From: Tubiluchus corallicola
Lineage: Eukaryota > Animalia > Priapulida
Assembly: GCA_030141605.1 (NCBI GenBank)
Contig: JAQGDQ010000906.1
Coordinates: 17,654 to 81,653, forward strand
Direction: 5' to 3'
Length of the DNA stretch: 64,000 bases
The first letter of the stretch is position 1. The number at the start of each line of letters is the position of its first letter. A program made the translations under genes and the position numbers. Under the pieces are notes generated by a model. The model was given only the letters and a program-made list of their open reading frames with translations. It searched no databases and was not told the origin of the DNA. Positions 1 to 12,222 of the stretch are shown one piece after another.

Positions 1-752
1 TCTCAAAGTGCAGCGACATCTGTAGAGTGAAAAGTTTAATTAAAAACGTGTAAAAATAATTTCACAAATTTGTGTCAGTTTTCAACGGTTTCCATAAGAA
101 GTTGGACAACTGTAGTAGAATTCTCAAAAATTTAGTTTAAATGGAATCTAATTTTATTATTCTAATTTTAATAATCCAAGTTATTTATCTACTAAGGTGT
201 AGTATATGATATCACACTGTAGCTATGATATCTTCTGTACATAATGTCTAATGTGTAACTGATAGCTAATGTTCTACATAAATCTAGCTAAAACATCACT
301 TCTGACTATGACGTCGTCTGTGCAAGATACATTGTATATAGAAGTCACTTGGTCAGTACGCCATGTCTGACCATGTGACTTCATTAGTGCACATAATGTG
401 CAACATATAGGCTGCTGGGATAATACATTGCATTTAACTATGACAGCATCAGTGCATATAATGTATAATGTGCAACAAACTGCATAGCATTTAACTATGA
501 CATCTGCACATAATGTTATACATACAGGATATAAAACCATGCATTAGCTTCTGCATAACTTTACTTGGAAGGGCTGCAGTTTTTCATATTCGTCTCATCA
601 GCTAGTCTTTCAGGTTGACAAAAAGCAGCAGATTTTGCCTTCATGCAGCATCTAGTGCAGGGAAATTATGTGACCGTTATGGGCCACTAATTCTAGCAGG
701 CCGCTTACCTGGTAATGCACATCTTATAAGCAAGATCTAAATTGCCTAATAA

Positions 753-1263
753 CAGGGATGAGAATGACAAATTGCAAAAAACTCTGAAACAGGCCGGGGG
801 TTTGGGGGCCACCCAGGCCCCCAATGGCGTTCAAGGAAGCCCCCTTGGAGTCAGCAACAAATTGCGATTTTGTGACCATAGAGAACCTCTAAGTGGACTT
901 GAAATATCAATTACCTTGTTTCATGCATAATTTAAAATACCCAACTATCAAGGATACATGATACCTAATTGTCTCAAAAACGCCTAAGTACTGGCCGCTC
1001 CTATGCAAAAGTATATAAAAACTGCCTGCAATTGACTCAAATAACTCTGCACAATTGATTCTATATTTTTATACATAGAGATATACGAGTGGTTACACTG
1101 ATGTGTGTGACGTAAACAATGTGACGGCCTGCCACCTAGCGGTCAGCTTGTGAAATAATGTACTGAGTCCGTAAAAATTTTCTCAACGAATTTACGCGAT
1201 TTACAAAAATGGCACTACTGGTCTTCCAGAAACCCGGAATTCCACGGAAAATTCTCATCCTTG
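753..1263. mobile_element. hAT-type MITE family A (CAGGGATGAGAAT TIRs)
   Basis: TIRs CAGGGATGAGAAT...ATTCTCATCCTTG. Same family as 55288-55797; partial copies at ~46148-46423, 56240-56294 and 62504-62850. Confidence 0.8.
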
Positions 1264-1372
1264 TAATAATGGCGACTAAAATAAGCAAGCTTCTTTGTTT
1301 TTGTTTAGAGTTGACATGACATTGCCATCTACTGGCCAGAATAGCTTTTAGTCAGCACCACGGCAGGATGAC

Positions 1373-2616
1373 CTACCGATATGCTACCGCCCAACCCGGT
1401 TGAACGTGCAAACTCCCAAGTGGTGCTGCCGAACCTTCCTCAGCTACCTGTTCGGTGATGCAACAAGGTCCTCCCAAGAAGTCCATTTTGAATTCTCCCC
1501 CGTAATAGAACCAGGTGAAAGGAGCTCGCGAGATTCCCACGGGAAAATCATTCACCGTATTTTTTTCAAAATTCGATGAGGAACAGGAAGCCAAAGGATT
1601 TATTCTACTTTCGGTCAAATAGGGAAAGAACACGTTTACCCATCCCGTGACATGATCGATTCCACCGGACCCAAACTCCCTATTATATTTGAATATTTTA
1701 GCCATCCAGTCCTTCACTGAAGGATCTTCCGGATTCTTGTAGCAGTAAACAAGCATCTCAAGAACAGGTATTAGTTTCATTCTCCACCATTCCAAATCTG
1801 TTCCACCGGGCATACCCCGAAACATGTTCAAAACATTCTCTGTGGCATTTCGCAGCTTTTGCCAGTCTTCTAACCCACCCAGCAAAGTTACGCTTGGTAT
1901 TCCACATGAAGTCCACAATGTATAGTCAAAATATGATTGCATAGCATCCATCAAAGTAATACTAGAAATGTCGTACCAGGTTTTTGTCGTCGTACTAAAT
2001 CGTTCACATAAAAGTGGCTTCGCACTTTCTTTGAGATGCTCCTCAATCTGCTCTCGGAATTCATGGAACACCGATGGCCAGTCATTTGTCCCACGTCTCA
2101 CAAAGTCATCCCGTCTCACTCTCAGCTCAACCTTTCCTTCATGTCCTACAAACAGCGAGCGCAATTCCTCCGGGTGCTTATTTATGTGTACAGCCACAGC
2201 ATTTCTGATGTAATGCCACAACAAGTCTGGACTGATAGCAATGGGTCGATGTTCGTCAAAACCAATCAAGCACATTTTCACTAGAGGGTTTTCCATGGCT
2301 TCGTCAACTCCTTCGCTAACTGGTTTGAATGCATCGCTACGAAACTCAGCATACATCTGCTCCACGTCTCTAGGTGTTACATTTAGCCAATAGTATTCGT
2401 ACTCTTTGTATTCATATGCAAGACGATTAAGAAGCCTGATTTCTTCTGTGCGGTTGATGAGTTTTTCTTGACCCACCGGCGATGCCTGTATCGTTACTCC
2501 CTTGTCCAACCTTATTGATGGTTTAAACTCTTCGGCTGCCAGATCACATTCAACAGGAGAGGACGGCTCCTCGAAGGTATAGTTCTCAGCATCTTCAAAG
2601 TTTGCTTGACACTCAC
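1373..2616 (-). CDS. DUF4419-domain protein, copy A, terminal coding exon
   Basis: The ORF carries the DUF4419 motif series HRPIAISPDLLW...HINKHPEELRSLFV.HEGK.EL...FSTTT...TLMDAM..YFDY...CGIPSVTLLG..EDW...GSG...VTGW...FFPY. The track start at 2647 is TTG. A pyrimidine-rich acceptor TTTCATTATTCCAG|GT opens the exon at 2616 in phase 1. Confidence 0.9.
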
Positions 2617-2744
2617 CTGGAATAATGAAAGTGCACAATTCTACCAAAGGCCCATATATATGTTTATTGACTGATTACGAGATAGTCGAACATGATACTT
2701 TAGTTCAGTCCATAGATCACTACAAAAAAGGACTTTTGATCATA

Positions 2745-3170
2745 TAACATGATCATTACTGTCAAAAAATAACTGAAGAATTATTTACAACTTCTCACTA
2801 CACACTTATTATCGTCTAACATGATCATTACTGTCCAAAAATCGCTAAACAGTTATTTACAAATTCACAATATGACTTTGGGTTTCCATTGAAAAATTCA
2901 TGCAAATCGTTGAAGCTCAGTTCAGTGTTATCTTCACCAAGGTGATTCGTAAGTGGACAAAAACATGAATGTTTAAGCCAGAACAGGAGCATAGCCTGTC
3001 CTCTCTTTTTATCCTTGCCCATCTTCCAGTCTCAATAGCTAGGTTATGTGAGGAGAGGCGTAACCGAGATGTTTTAATCCTATGGAGCTCATTTACGTTA
3101 ACGCTATACATTGCACTGACAGATAGTTCAGGATTCACATAGAGATAGGTGCACAGTTTAGTTACATCCA
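2745..3170 (-). mobile_element. 5'-truncated LINE (CR1/L2/RTE-X-like) ORF2 C-terminal remnant
   Basis: RLRLSSHNLAIETGRW..IKREDRLCSC is a typical post-RT zinc-knuckle region of non-LTR elements. It is frameshifted, and the 3' end is locally duplicated. Confidence 0.75.
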
Positions 3171-3178
3171 TTGCGCCA

Positions 3179-4509
3179 TTTGCTAGTTAGACGGGCACTT
3201 GCGCCTGCATTTCTGAAATGCATTGGACGAAAAGCAGGTGCCGAGGTTGATTGTATTTGTGTTTTTGCAGTGAAGTTTGCTAATATGGGTAAAAGTACAG
3301 AAAAGTACGGGTCTAGATACACCCTCACCCTCGGTCTGACTCAACTTCGGCTATGAGGCACATAGGATATAAGGGACGGTTTTTTCCGGTCCCGAGGTGT
3401 CCCTTATATCCGAGGTTGATTGTATTTGTGTTTTTGCAGTGAAGCTTGCTAATATGGGTAAAAGTACAGAAAAGTACGGGTCTAGATACACCCTCACCCT
3501 CGGTCTGACTCAACTTCGGCTATAAGGCATATGAGATATAAGGGACGGTTTTTTCCGGTCCCAAGGTGTCCCTTATATCCGAGGTTGATTGTATTTGTGT
3601 TTTTGCAGTGAAGCTTGCTAATATGGGTAAAAGTACAGAAAAGTACGGGTCTAGATACACCCTCGGTCTGACTCAACTTCAGCTATAAGGCACATAGGAC
3701 ATAAGGGACGGTTTTTTCCGGTCCCAAGGTGTCCCTTATATCCGAGGTTGATTGTATTTGTGTTTTTGCAGTGAAGCTTGCTATTATGAGTAAAAGTACA
3801 GAAAAGTACTGGTATTGATACACCCTCGGTCTGACTCAACTTCGGCTATAAGGCATATGAGATATAAGGGACGGTTTTTTCCGGTCCCAAGGTGTCCCTT
3901 ATATCCGAGGTTGATTGTATTTGTGTTTTTGCAGTGAAGCTTGCTAATATGGGTAAAAGTACAGAAAAGTACGGGTCTAGATACACCCTCGGTCTGACTC
4001 AACTTCGGCTATAAGGCATATGAGATATAAGGGACGGTTTTTTTCTGGTTGAGAGGTGTACCTTATACCCGAGGTTGATTGTATTTGTGTTTTTGCAGTG
4101 AAGTTTGCTAATATGGGTAAAAGTACAGAAAAGTACGGGTCTAGATACACCCTCGGTCTGACTCAACTTCAGCTATAAGGCACATAGGACATAAGGGACG
4201 GTTTTTTCTGGTCCCGCGGTGTCCCTTATATCCAAGGTTGATTGTATTTGTGTTTTTGCAGTGAAGCTTGCTATTATGAGTAAAAGTACAGAAAAGTACT
4301 GGTCTAGATACACCCTCGGTCAGACTCAACTTCAGCTATAAGGCACATAGGACATAAGGGACGATTTTTTTCTGGTTGAGAGGTGTACCTTATATCCGAG
4401 GTTGATTGTATTTGTGTTCATACTAACACATCTGAATTGAGAGCACAGAACCTGTTTTTGTGCAATGCGTTTCTGAAATGCAGGTGCTACTGCCCGTCTA
4501 ACTAGCAAA
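3179..4509. mobile_element. Element with ~60-bp inverted termini enclosing a 163-169-bp tandem array (~7 copies, 3241-4418)
   Basis: TTTGCTAGTTAGACGGGCA..GC.CCTGCATTTC.GAAA.GCATTG at 3179, with its reverse complement ending at 4509. The terminal motif also occurs at ~5895-5950, 13075-13140 and 24685-24740. Confidence 0.65.
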
Positions 4510-5108
4510 AAGCAAAATACATATAACAGCCAAGAACTAGTGGTGCGAAGATGAAGTTGTGTTGTGTGTGGTAATAATTCTTTCACGTAAGTCATTTTTA
4601 AAAAAAATCCTTTCCTTTCAGTATTTTAAAGAGTAGATTGTTTTGTCTTACAGTTCAAGATTTGGTCTGATTTCGCTTTAAAAATAATAATGACAGTTGG
4701 TTTAAAGAAACTAAAAAAACTTGAAATTTAGTTTTTTTAAGATTATATTCTGAAATTCCTACATAAACAGTGAAGTAGTGTCGTGTTGAAAAGCAGAAAA
4801 CTAAGTGACCAAAACTACAGATGAAATCATTTAGGTGTGAAAACAGGTTTAGAGATTATGCATTCATAAAGACTGTAGAAGCCAATGAAAACTTAAACAG
4901 TAAAGAGGAAGATTTAACAATTTTAACAAGAACACCTGAAGGTGGCAGCACTATCCAGAACTCAAAAAAGTATGATGACAATATAACGTAATTATAAATT
5001 TAGAGTCACTAAAATGATTTTCGTCTGCCCCACAGTAAAGCAACAACGCTGTACTGATGATCTTGGCAAGCAGCAAACAAAGTTTATATAAGCAACATTG
5101 TCACTTAC

Positions 5109-5165
5109 TGGATAAGAGTCTTTGAAATTCTCCATTCTCTCTTCCCATTAAGAATACACAAAGAC
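5109..5165 (-). CDS. Predicted 57-nt internal exon of DUF4419 copy A: (G)LCVFLMGRENGEFQRLLS(S)
   Basis: Acceptor TTTTTTCTTCCAG and donor GTAAGT. The exon is phase 1 on both sides, has an open frame, and joins in frame to the 2616 acceptor. Confidence 0.65.
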
Positions 5166-5237
5166 CTGGAAGAAAAAACTGAGCTGATGGATCTTAAAAC
5201 ATTACTTTACTTACTTACGAAAACAACGTCTGTACAC

Positions 5238-5639
5238 TAGGGGTGGGCATCGAACGTTCGAGTTCGAACGAGTTTTTTTAGTTCGAACTCGATTCGAATT
5301 CAAAACTATAGATTCGAATAATTCAGCACTTCAATCACGTATGTTCCTGATCATTAAAACGGTTGAAACATCATGCAATTAGCATAATTTAGTTGTTATT
5401 TCTGCGCACAACTTTAAGCAAATTACTAGTCGTTTTATTTCAGAACAAAGTCTAGTGATATGCATGATCTTTGTAAGACTAATTTTTACCGGTGATTCGA
5501 AAACTAGTTCGAAAATCGTTCAATCTCAATTCGAATTCGGTTCGAATTCGAAACACTGAAGTTCGGTTCGATTCGAATTCGAAAGTCACAAATTCGGTTC
5601 GATTCGAATTCGCTTTCTGGTAGAGAATGCTCACCCCTA
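5238..5639. mobile_element. hAT-type MITE family B (TAGGGGTG TIRs, TTCGAA-rich), 8-bp TSD CTGTACAC
   Basis: TAGGGGTGGGCAT...ATGCTCACCCCTA, with the TSD at 5230-5237 and 5640-5647. Confidence 0.9.
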
Positions 5640-6510
5640 CTGTACACAAGTGTGCAGCACGGACAACATTGCGTAGCTCAGTTTTAAAGTTAGGGTGAAC
5701 GAGCAGACAATAACAACAGCAACAACAACAACAATAGTTTTAAGATAAAAATTGAAATTTTACCATTTTGCTCACGTGTGTGTCCTACATCGCAAACGAA
5801 CATCTCCGAATTGAGAGGTATAACACCTACCACTTTGCTCACGTATGTGTGCATTACGTCACAAATGAACATCTCTGCATTAAGGGGTGCGGCACCTGTT
5901 TTTAAGCAATGCATTTTCGAAATGCAGGCACTAGTGCCCATCTAACTGACGAATAGTGAAATTTATCTAACATGCGAAGAATCATAATCATTTTTGGTAG
6001 ATATTATAGTTTTTCTTTTTGAGTACATTTCTTTGCTTGCTGGTTTACTTGTAATGTATGTGAGCAGGGTCACGTGAACGATATAATTTGGTTTAGCTTA
6101 CGCAGTACGTGGTTTTATAGCAATGCAAACCTTATCAAGTGCTGATGTCATGCATGTGGTTGGCCTATAGTGAGTTGTGTAACCTTTGAGCAGCCTGGGG
6201 GCAGTGCTAATAATTATCTGTGGCGCCCTCTATCCTACAAAACTGAAGATTATTAACTTATTAATTTTTTAATAATTGTTAAATTATATTTATAATTATA
6301 CTGCTATTGTTAAATAAATAGCAAAAACATCATATACTGTCAGATAGTAGAATGTAACAAGGTTAGCACATTAACTACAATATACAATACCAACTTCCAC
6401 ATCGGGTACCTAAAGAACTATATAAAAATAGAATCTATTGAGCTTTCAAAATGATATTTTAACATCTTTATAATTATGAACCTGTAAATATGATTCTCTG
6501 ATCTACGGGA

Positions 6511-6932
6511 TGCCCTCCCTGTATCTCGACACTAGGCGGAGGAGCTGCACAAGCAGCCAACGGCTAGAAGGTGGAGGAGGTCAAGTGACCCAATGGCCAT
6601 GTGTAGAGGAGTAAACCTTCCAAATCAGGAGTGGAGCCCAGAAGGCGGACCAGTGCAGCATGCTCACTGATTCCGGCAGCTCCTGCAGCCAACCTGGTGC
6701 CAAACGTATCGCTCCGCTTTCCTTTGGACTACACCAGCGAGGAAGAGAGGGGGTTCCTGTTGTCTGGGCAACTCAGGATCTCCATACACCTTGCCCAGGC
6801 GTGCGCCCTGGAGACGTTCAAGGATCGTACTGCTCAGCCACAGTCGACGCTGCAGCTCCATCAATGTGATCAATAACTGACTCTCTTGGCACACACTCCA
6901 TTGTCTTCCGAGACAGAGGGATGCCAACAACA
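6511..6932 (+). mobile_element. Headless copy of the same RTE-derived element, with a 12-bp TSD
   Basis: Closely matches 32346-32775 (inverted). TGATCTACGGGA is duplicated at 6499-6510 and 6933-6944, and the element has a CAACAACA tail. Confidence 0.85.
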
Positions 6933-7219
6933 TGATCTACGGGAAAACGTACCCATGCAAGTAAAACTACGTCTCCAAGTTTCAAGCTGCAACTAAGTAC
7001 TCAAATGCTTTCTTACACGAACTGACTTTGACATCAAAATTAACATTTTTTAAATCGGCTAATGGTTGCTCTTTTTACAAGCATTACACATTGAAATTTG
7101 TTCAATGCTCCTGTGCTTGATTGCAGCTAACTCAACTCGGTTTTCAAACAAAAAAGTTTCTTACTTCTAACCTAGTTAAAAATTAAACACTTTTTTATTT
7201 ACCCGCCTGTCACTTTTAA

Positions 7220-7677
7220 CCCTTTCAGTCCCAAATTATTTTTTAATAAGAAAAAAATTTTGGCTTGGTACTTTTGTTCAGTATGTCCATCTTGTTTACA
7301 CATAATAATTATTTTTTCTACCTGTGCCCGCGTGCTAAATATAGCCTGTATCCCACCGAATACATTGGGATTCAATGGAAGCATAAAATGTGCTTCATTT
7401 TGCAACTGCTGATAATTTTTTAAAGTATTTAAGACATTTAGTATGCATGCTATGCTGATCTGTACAAAGTCGTCTCTAAAGTACTGTACCTTGCACAGTT
7501 TTTTATGCTATGTAGATTTTCTAGTTTGCCATTTTATCACCATTTTTAATCTATAGTTATTGGCTTAAATCAAAATAACTGTTAACAGATCAAATAACTG
7601 TCAGTTTTAAAATTTTATTAATTTTAAAGGCAGAGAATATTCTTCGTATCCCACGGGATACAACGGGTATGAAAGGG
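7220..7677. mobile_element. piggyBac-like non-autonomous element
   Basis: TTAA|CCCTTTCA...TGAAAGGG|TTAA. Confidence 0.7.
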
Positions 7678-10385
7678 TTAAGATAGGGATTCAAAACGAA
7701 TAATTACGGCTTAATGTACACTCATTAGGAAGTTCTTCTCTTCTGTGATTCGTTATCGAAAGCTGTAAACTCTTTATATGGAAGCGCTGTGCATAATCGT
7801 TTGTGGTGTGCTACTCAAGAGCAAATTACGAAACGATTTAATGCATTTTCTACACTTCAAGTTCCATTTAAACAATTTTAGAACTCCTTATATAGAATAA
7901 CAAATCTTTTTTGTTTGTGTGGTGTGTTCGCGAACATCAAATTTCATAGGTTTTAATAAACCAAACACAAGGTAGAAATTAAAAACAATAATAAAAAAAT
8001 TAAGAGTCAGCATTTAGTGACTGTTTTGAATTGAATTTTTTGAAAATTTGACGGATAAACGTTTCAGAACTATGCATCAGTCTTAGTCTTGGCAGGGATC
8101 TATCCCATCAGAGATGCACACCCAGGATAAATACCCGAGGAATCTTGACAAAATGAAATTACCCAACAATAGCTTTCCTGGGGTCACTCATCTAGTTGCT
8201 GACCAAGATCGGCAATGCACAATTTTGGTGGCTAAACACACACTATGACCACTCGGCTTTTCCTCACTCGCCTATATAATGTTGGACTACTTTCCTACAT
8301 ATTAATACGCTGTACAGAGTAACCTGGTAGTTTTCTGTTGCTAGGTTAGCAGCCACATTTTTCTTCAAGTATTTACTGTAGTAAAATAGCATTTGACTAT
8401 TTCGTTTTCAGTTTTTAAATGAAAACAGGACGATTTTTCATATCCAACCCCATTCTGAAGTATATTAAAGAGTATCCATTTTACCCGGCATGGTAAGATC
8501 AGCAAAGCCATGTAAACCAATGAGTGGACATCTTCCACCGCCACAACAAATAGATCATTAGCTTTTCAAACGTCAGCTAATGGACAATCAGGTAAAAGGT
8601 AAAAAACGCAGTTTAACCAACCAAAGTCAAGTTGCATCTCCTGTGGGAGAAATCTGTGTCATGAACGTACAGAAATCCATGCGTTTGGCTTCAATCCGAT
8701 TAAATGCACAAACGTACAGTTAGACGTTCAACCCAACCCGGGGGGGGGGCTAACATTCCCTAAACTAACAAATAGTACTACCTAGTTGATTATAACAATC
8801 TAGAAACAATTTACATTTAGTGAACATAAGTAAAGAAAAGCTGGTGTCAAAATAAGAAAATAAAGCTTAATGTTTATCTGCAAGTTAAAGTACGACTCTA
8901 TGAGTTAACCTGGGTCCTTACACCTGTAATAATGCCAAAGTATTTTCTGATAATTAATTGAGAAGTTAAAATTTTAATTAATGGTGGGCAAGCCAATCCA
9001 GCGATGGCACAACGAATGGGCATGATTTTTTCATGGAAAGAAAAAATTGAAGTACAGTGCTACTGTATATCATTCAGTGTGAAAATGACATATGAAAACT
9101 TGACAAATTTTAAGTTTATAATTCAAGATTCATGTTTACAGCTGAACTCACACCTGAGCTAACGTGTGCACCACGTCACACCTGAACACATTTGAACTAA
9201 GTGGTACAGCACCGGTTTTTGTGCAAGAGGTTTAACTGCGAAGAACTTATGGTGCGAATGCAATTTCAACTCTGTGCTAATAATTCTTTCACTAAGCCAT
9301 TCTTGAAAAAATAGTATTTTCCTTTCAACTTTCATAGTTTACATTGTTTTGAGGTGTAGGATCCTCAGCCAGTTTAGCCCCGTTTCACGAATAAAATAAA
9401 ATGATTTTAATAATAATATATCTCTTTTGTTTGTTGTTTTTCATTTCTTCCTTTAAATTTAAAAAAAAGTTCTGATTAGCATTGAAAGATACTTGAACTT
9501 ATTCTAATTTCAAATAAAATTGGAACAAGATGCTTAAGTTACACATGATATTGGACAAAGTGAAGAGTTATTTTTCTTAGTTGGTGTCATAAGTTTATAA
9601 ACCAAGTTAACAAAGAGTGTACAGTTAGTTGTTTGTACAAGGCGAGGCAGCGTTGATGTGACTGTATAAAATTATGACTGTATGTTTACTTTACTCCATC
9701 TCGTGTCTGTAGTTACACCAACCATTTATACAAGTTCAGCAGAGAGGTCAGAAAATTCCATTAGCAATTCTATAGTCTGCAGTTTTGCTGAGTCTGCGTT
9801 AATAAATCATGATACATACTGTGCCTTCTCTTGAGGCGTACGCATTTTGGGGTTTCAGTTAAAAAGACCCTTCTATCAACAGGAGACCTACATAAAACGT
9901 GAAATTTCAATGTGATCTCAAACTTAAATGAACACTGAATAAAACAAAACAAATCTGTTAAGACATCTTGTCAACTGCCTTTGTAATAAATTTTTAAAAT
10001 TGTAAAGAGACTTTATAGACACCCTGTACTATACGTTGTGCAAAAACAATTGGAAGAGTCTATTGCGACGTGGGGGTGCATCTGTCTTTCAGGAGCAGTT
10101 GCGTTGCGTTTTGTGGCGATTTAACTTCAAAATTAAGCAACTTGAAAATCAGATTATGTGTGCGGGCACTGCTGTTGCATTAGACACTTTTTCTTGCAAC
10201 TTCTAAACACACTTGAAGCTATTTTTTCCTCCAAACGTTGCTACCTTTACCGCTGCAAGAAAATGCAGTGAACTGCTGTGGCACGCTAACTTTGTTCACG
10301 AGTTGCTGAGTCAGTCGTGTTGAATGCACAGCTCAGATAATTCTGTTCTCAGTAAAGTAATTCCACAAATTTCGTTGGACAAAGG

Positions 10386-11690
10386 ATGGCATCTTCATTA
10401 GACGAGCCGCAAACTCCAGCTGAAAGGGTTGATGCGATGGACAACTGGAACGAGAGATACGATTATGTTTTTGGTAACGAAGATTTCCAGGAATTATGTG
10501 ATGTAACTTTTTCAGTTGGTGAAATCATCATCAACGCTAGTCGGTACTTACTTGCACTCAGAAGTGACGTTTTTAAGAGGATGCTGTTTGGGCCGCTGTG
10601 TCATAAACTTGGTGATGTCATACCAATAACCGACGTTGAATCTGAAGTGTTCCTGCTGCTTTTGAGGTTTATTTATACTGACAAAGCTGAATTAACTGGT
10701 GATAATGTTCTTCAAGTACTTTACACAGCTAGAAAATACAACATTCGTGAACTTGAAAAAATGGCTGTTGATTTCCTTAAATCTGAAATCACAACTGACA
10801 ACGTCTGTACCATTCTGACAGCTGCTTGTTTCTATGAAAAGCGAGATGTAGAGATGAACTGTCTGGAGGTCATTAGTATCGAGACGGAAGCAGTTATAAA
10901 GTCCGACAGTTTTACTTCCTTGAGCTACGACAGCTTATTGAGGATTGTCAAACTTGATGAACTGACAATTACTGAAGAGGGGAAACTATTTGATGCAGTT
11001 TTAAGATGGGCTGATGCTGAATGCAAGCGAAAGAACCTAGAGCAAAATGTGTTCAACAAGAGAACAGTCTTATGTGACATCTTGTTTAAAATCAGATTTC
11101 CCACAATGGATCCAGAGTTATTCATCAAAGGACCGGTAGCAACTGGAATATTAAATGCCGAGGAGCAAGCAAATGTTTTTATCAATTATCATCAAAAAGA
11201 GACATCAGAATCAATATTTCCAAAAATGCAGAGAAACTACGGCGCAGAAGTCGTGTCAGTCATGTGCGCTGTACCTGTTAAGGAAATTAATAGATTAGGA
11301 ACAAGATCATCCTTTATATATTATCCTTTATATATTACTGTATCAAAAAAGATTGCAATCATTGGTGATGCTGATGAGCTTGTCATTAGTCTTTACAGAT
11401 GTGATGATAGAAACTGCTCCAATGCTGGAGATAACCGTGGTGAAGGCTGTTGCTTGAATTTAGGAGTTGGTCCCTGTTCTACTTTCATCAGCATACGTAA
11501 GAACAGTTACATTGAAGTGATTAACAATAATCCACAAAGGTCACTCAAAATTATTCTAAATGAAGATAAAAAGGGACGGCACTGGGATGGAATAAATATT
11601 GCACAGTTTAGCACCGTCATGGACCCTGCTTCCGGGTTTATTAATGATGGAAAATTTCGCATAAAAGTTGTGACGCTGTTAGCAAAATGA
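10386..11690 (+). CDS. BTB/POZ-BACK protein (BTBD1/2/3/6-like N-terminus) with a MATH-like C-terminal domain, copy 1; single coding exon
   Basis: BTB motifs CDVTFSVG..INASRYLLALRSDVFKRMLFG..ITDVE..FLLLLRFIYTD..ARKY. BACK motifs LFDAVLRWA..IRFPTM. The C-terminus W..I..F..VMDPASGFINDG.F.I.V resembles the last strands of a MATH/TRAF domain. Confidence 0.9.
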   Translation: MASSLDEPQTPAERVDAMDNWNERYDYVFGNEDFQELCDVTFSVGEIIINASRYLLALRSDVFKRMLFGPLCHKLGDVIPITDVESEVFLLLLRFIYTDKAELTGDNVLQVLYTARKYNIRELEKMAVDFLKSEITTDNVCTILTAACFYEKRDVEMNCLEVISIETEAVIKSDSFTSLSYDSLLRIVKLDELTITEEGKLFDAVLRWADAECKRKNLEQNVFNKRTVLCDILFKIRFPTMDPELFIKGPVATGILNAEEQANVFINYHQKETSESIFPKMQRNYGAEVVSVMCAVPVKEINRLGTRSSFIYYPLYITVSKKIAIIGDADELVISLYRCDDRNCSNAGDNRGEGCCLNLGVGPCSTFISIRKNSYIEVINNNPQRSLKIILNEDKKGRHWDGINIAQFSTVMDPASGFINDGKFRIKVVTLLAK

Positions 11691-11964
11691 ATTGAAATGA
11701 AAATCATTTCTTGAAACTGATGCTTTTACAATTACGATTGATTGTTTATAGACCAATAACTATTTACACCCCGTACGTTGCCACCCATTTTGAAAAAGTA
11801 AGTCGGTTTGTCATGATTGATTGTGATCAGCATAACAATGTCACGTACAAGCTGTATCGTATGATTTGGCATTCGTAAATCTCCTTGTTCTTCAACATTT
11901 TTTCATTCAAGATTTTGGTCAACTTATAGTCAACAAAGAGGAAATACCAGAACTAATCGAGTTG

Positions 11965-12222
11965 TTTTTTAGGCCTAGGTACATCGTATAGTATACAATA
12001 ATTGTGTTTTTAGGCCTAGGTACATCGTATAGTATACAATAATTGTGTTTTTTAGGCCTAGGTACATCGTATAGTATACAATAATTGTGTTTTCTAGGCC
12101 TAGGTACATCGTATAGTATACAATAATTGTGTTTTTTAGGCCTAGGTACATCGTATAGTATACAATAATTGTGTTTTTTCGCCTAGGTACATCGTATAGT
12201 ATACAATAATTGTGGTTTTTTC
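11965..12222. repeat. 42-43-bp minisatellite, ~6 copies (paralogous array of ~7 copies at 22228-22527)
   Basis: Unit TTTTTAGGCCTAGGTACATCGTATAGTATACAATAATTGTG. Confidence 0.95.

Noticed and set aside
2617-2647. ORF-track start MVELCTF of DUF4419A, and the TTG start at 36955 of copy B
   Set aside because: Both are TTG codons in an animal genome, and both exons are better explained by phase-1 splice acceptors.
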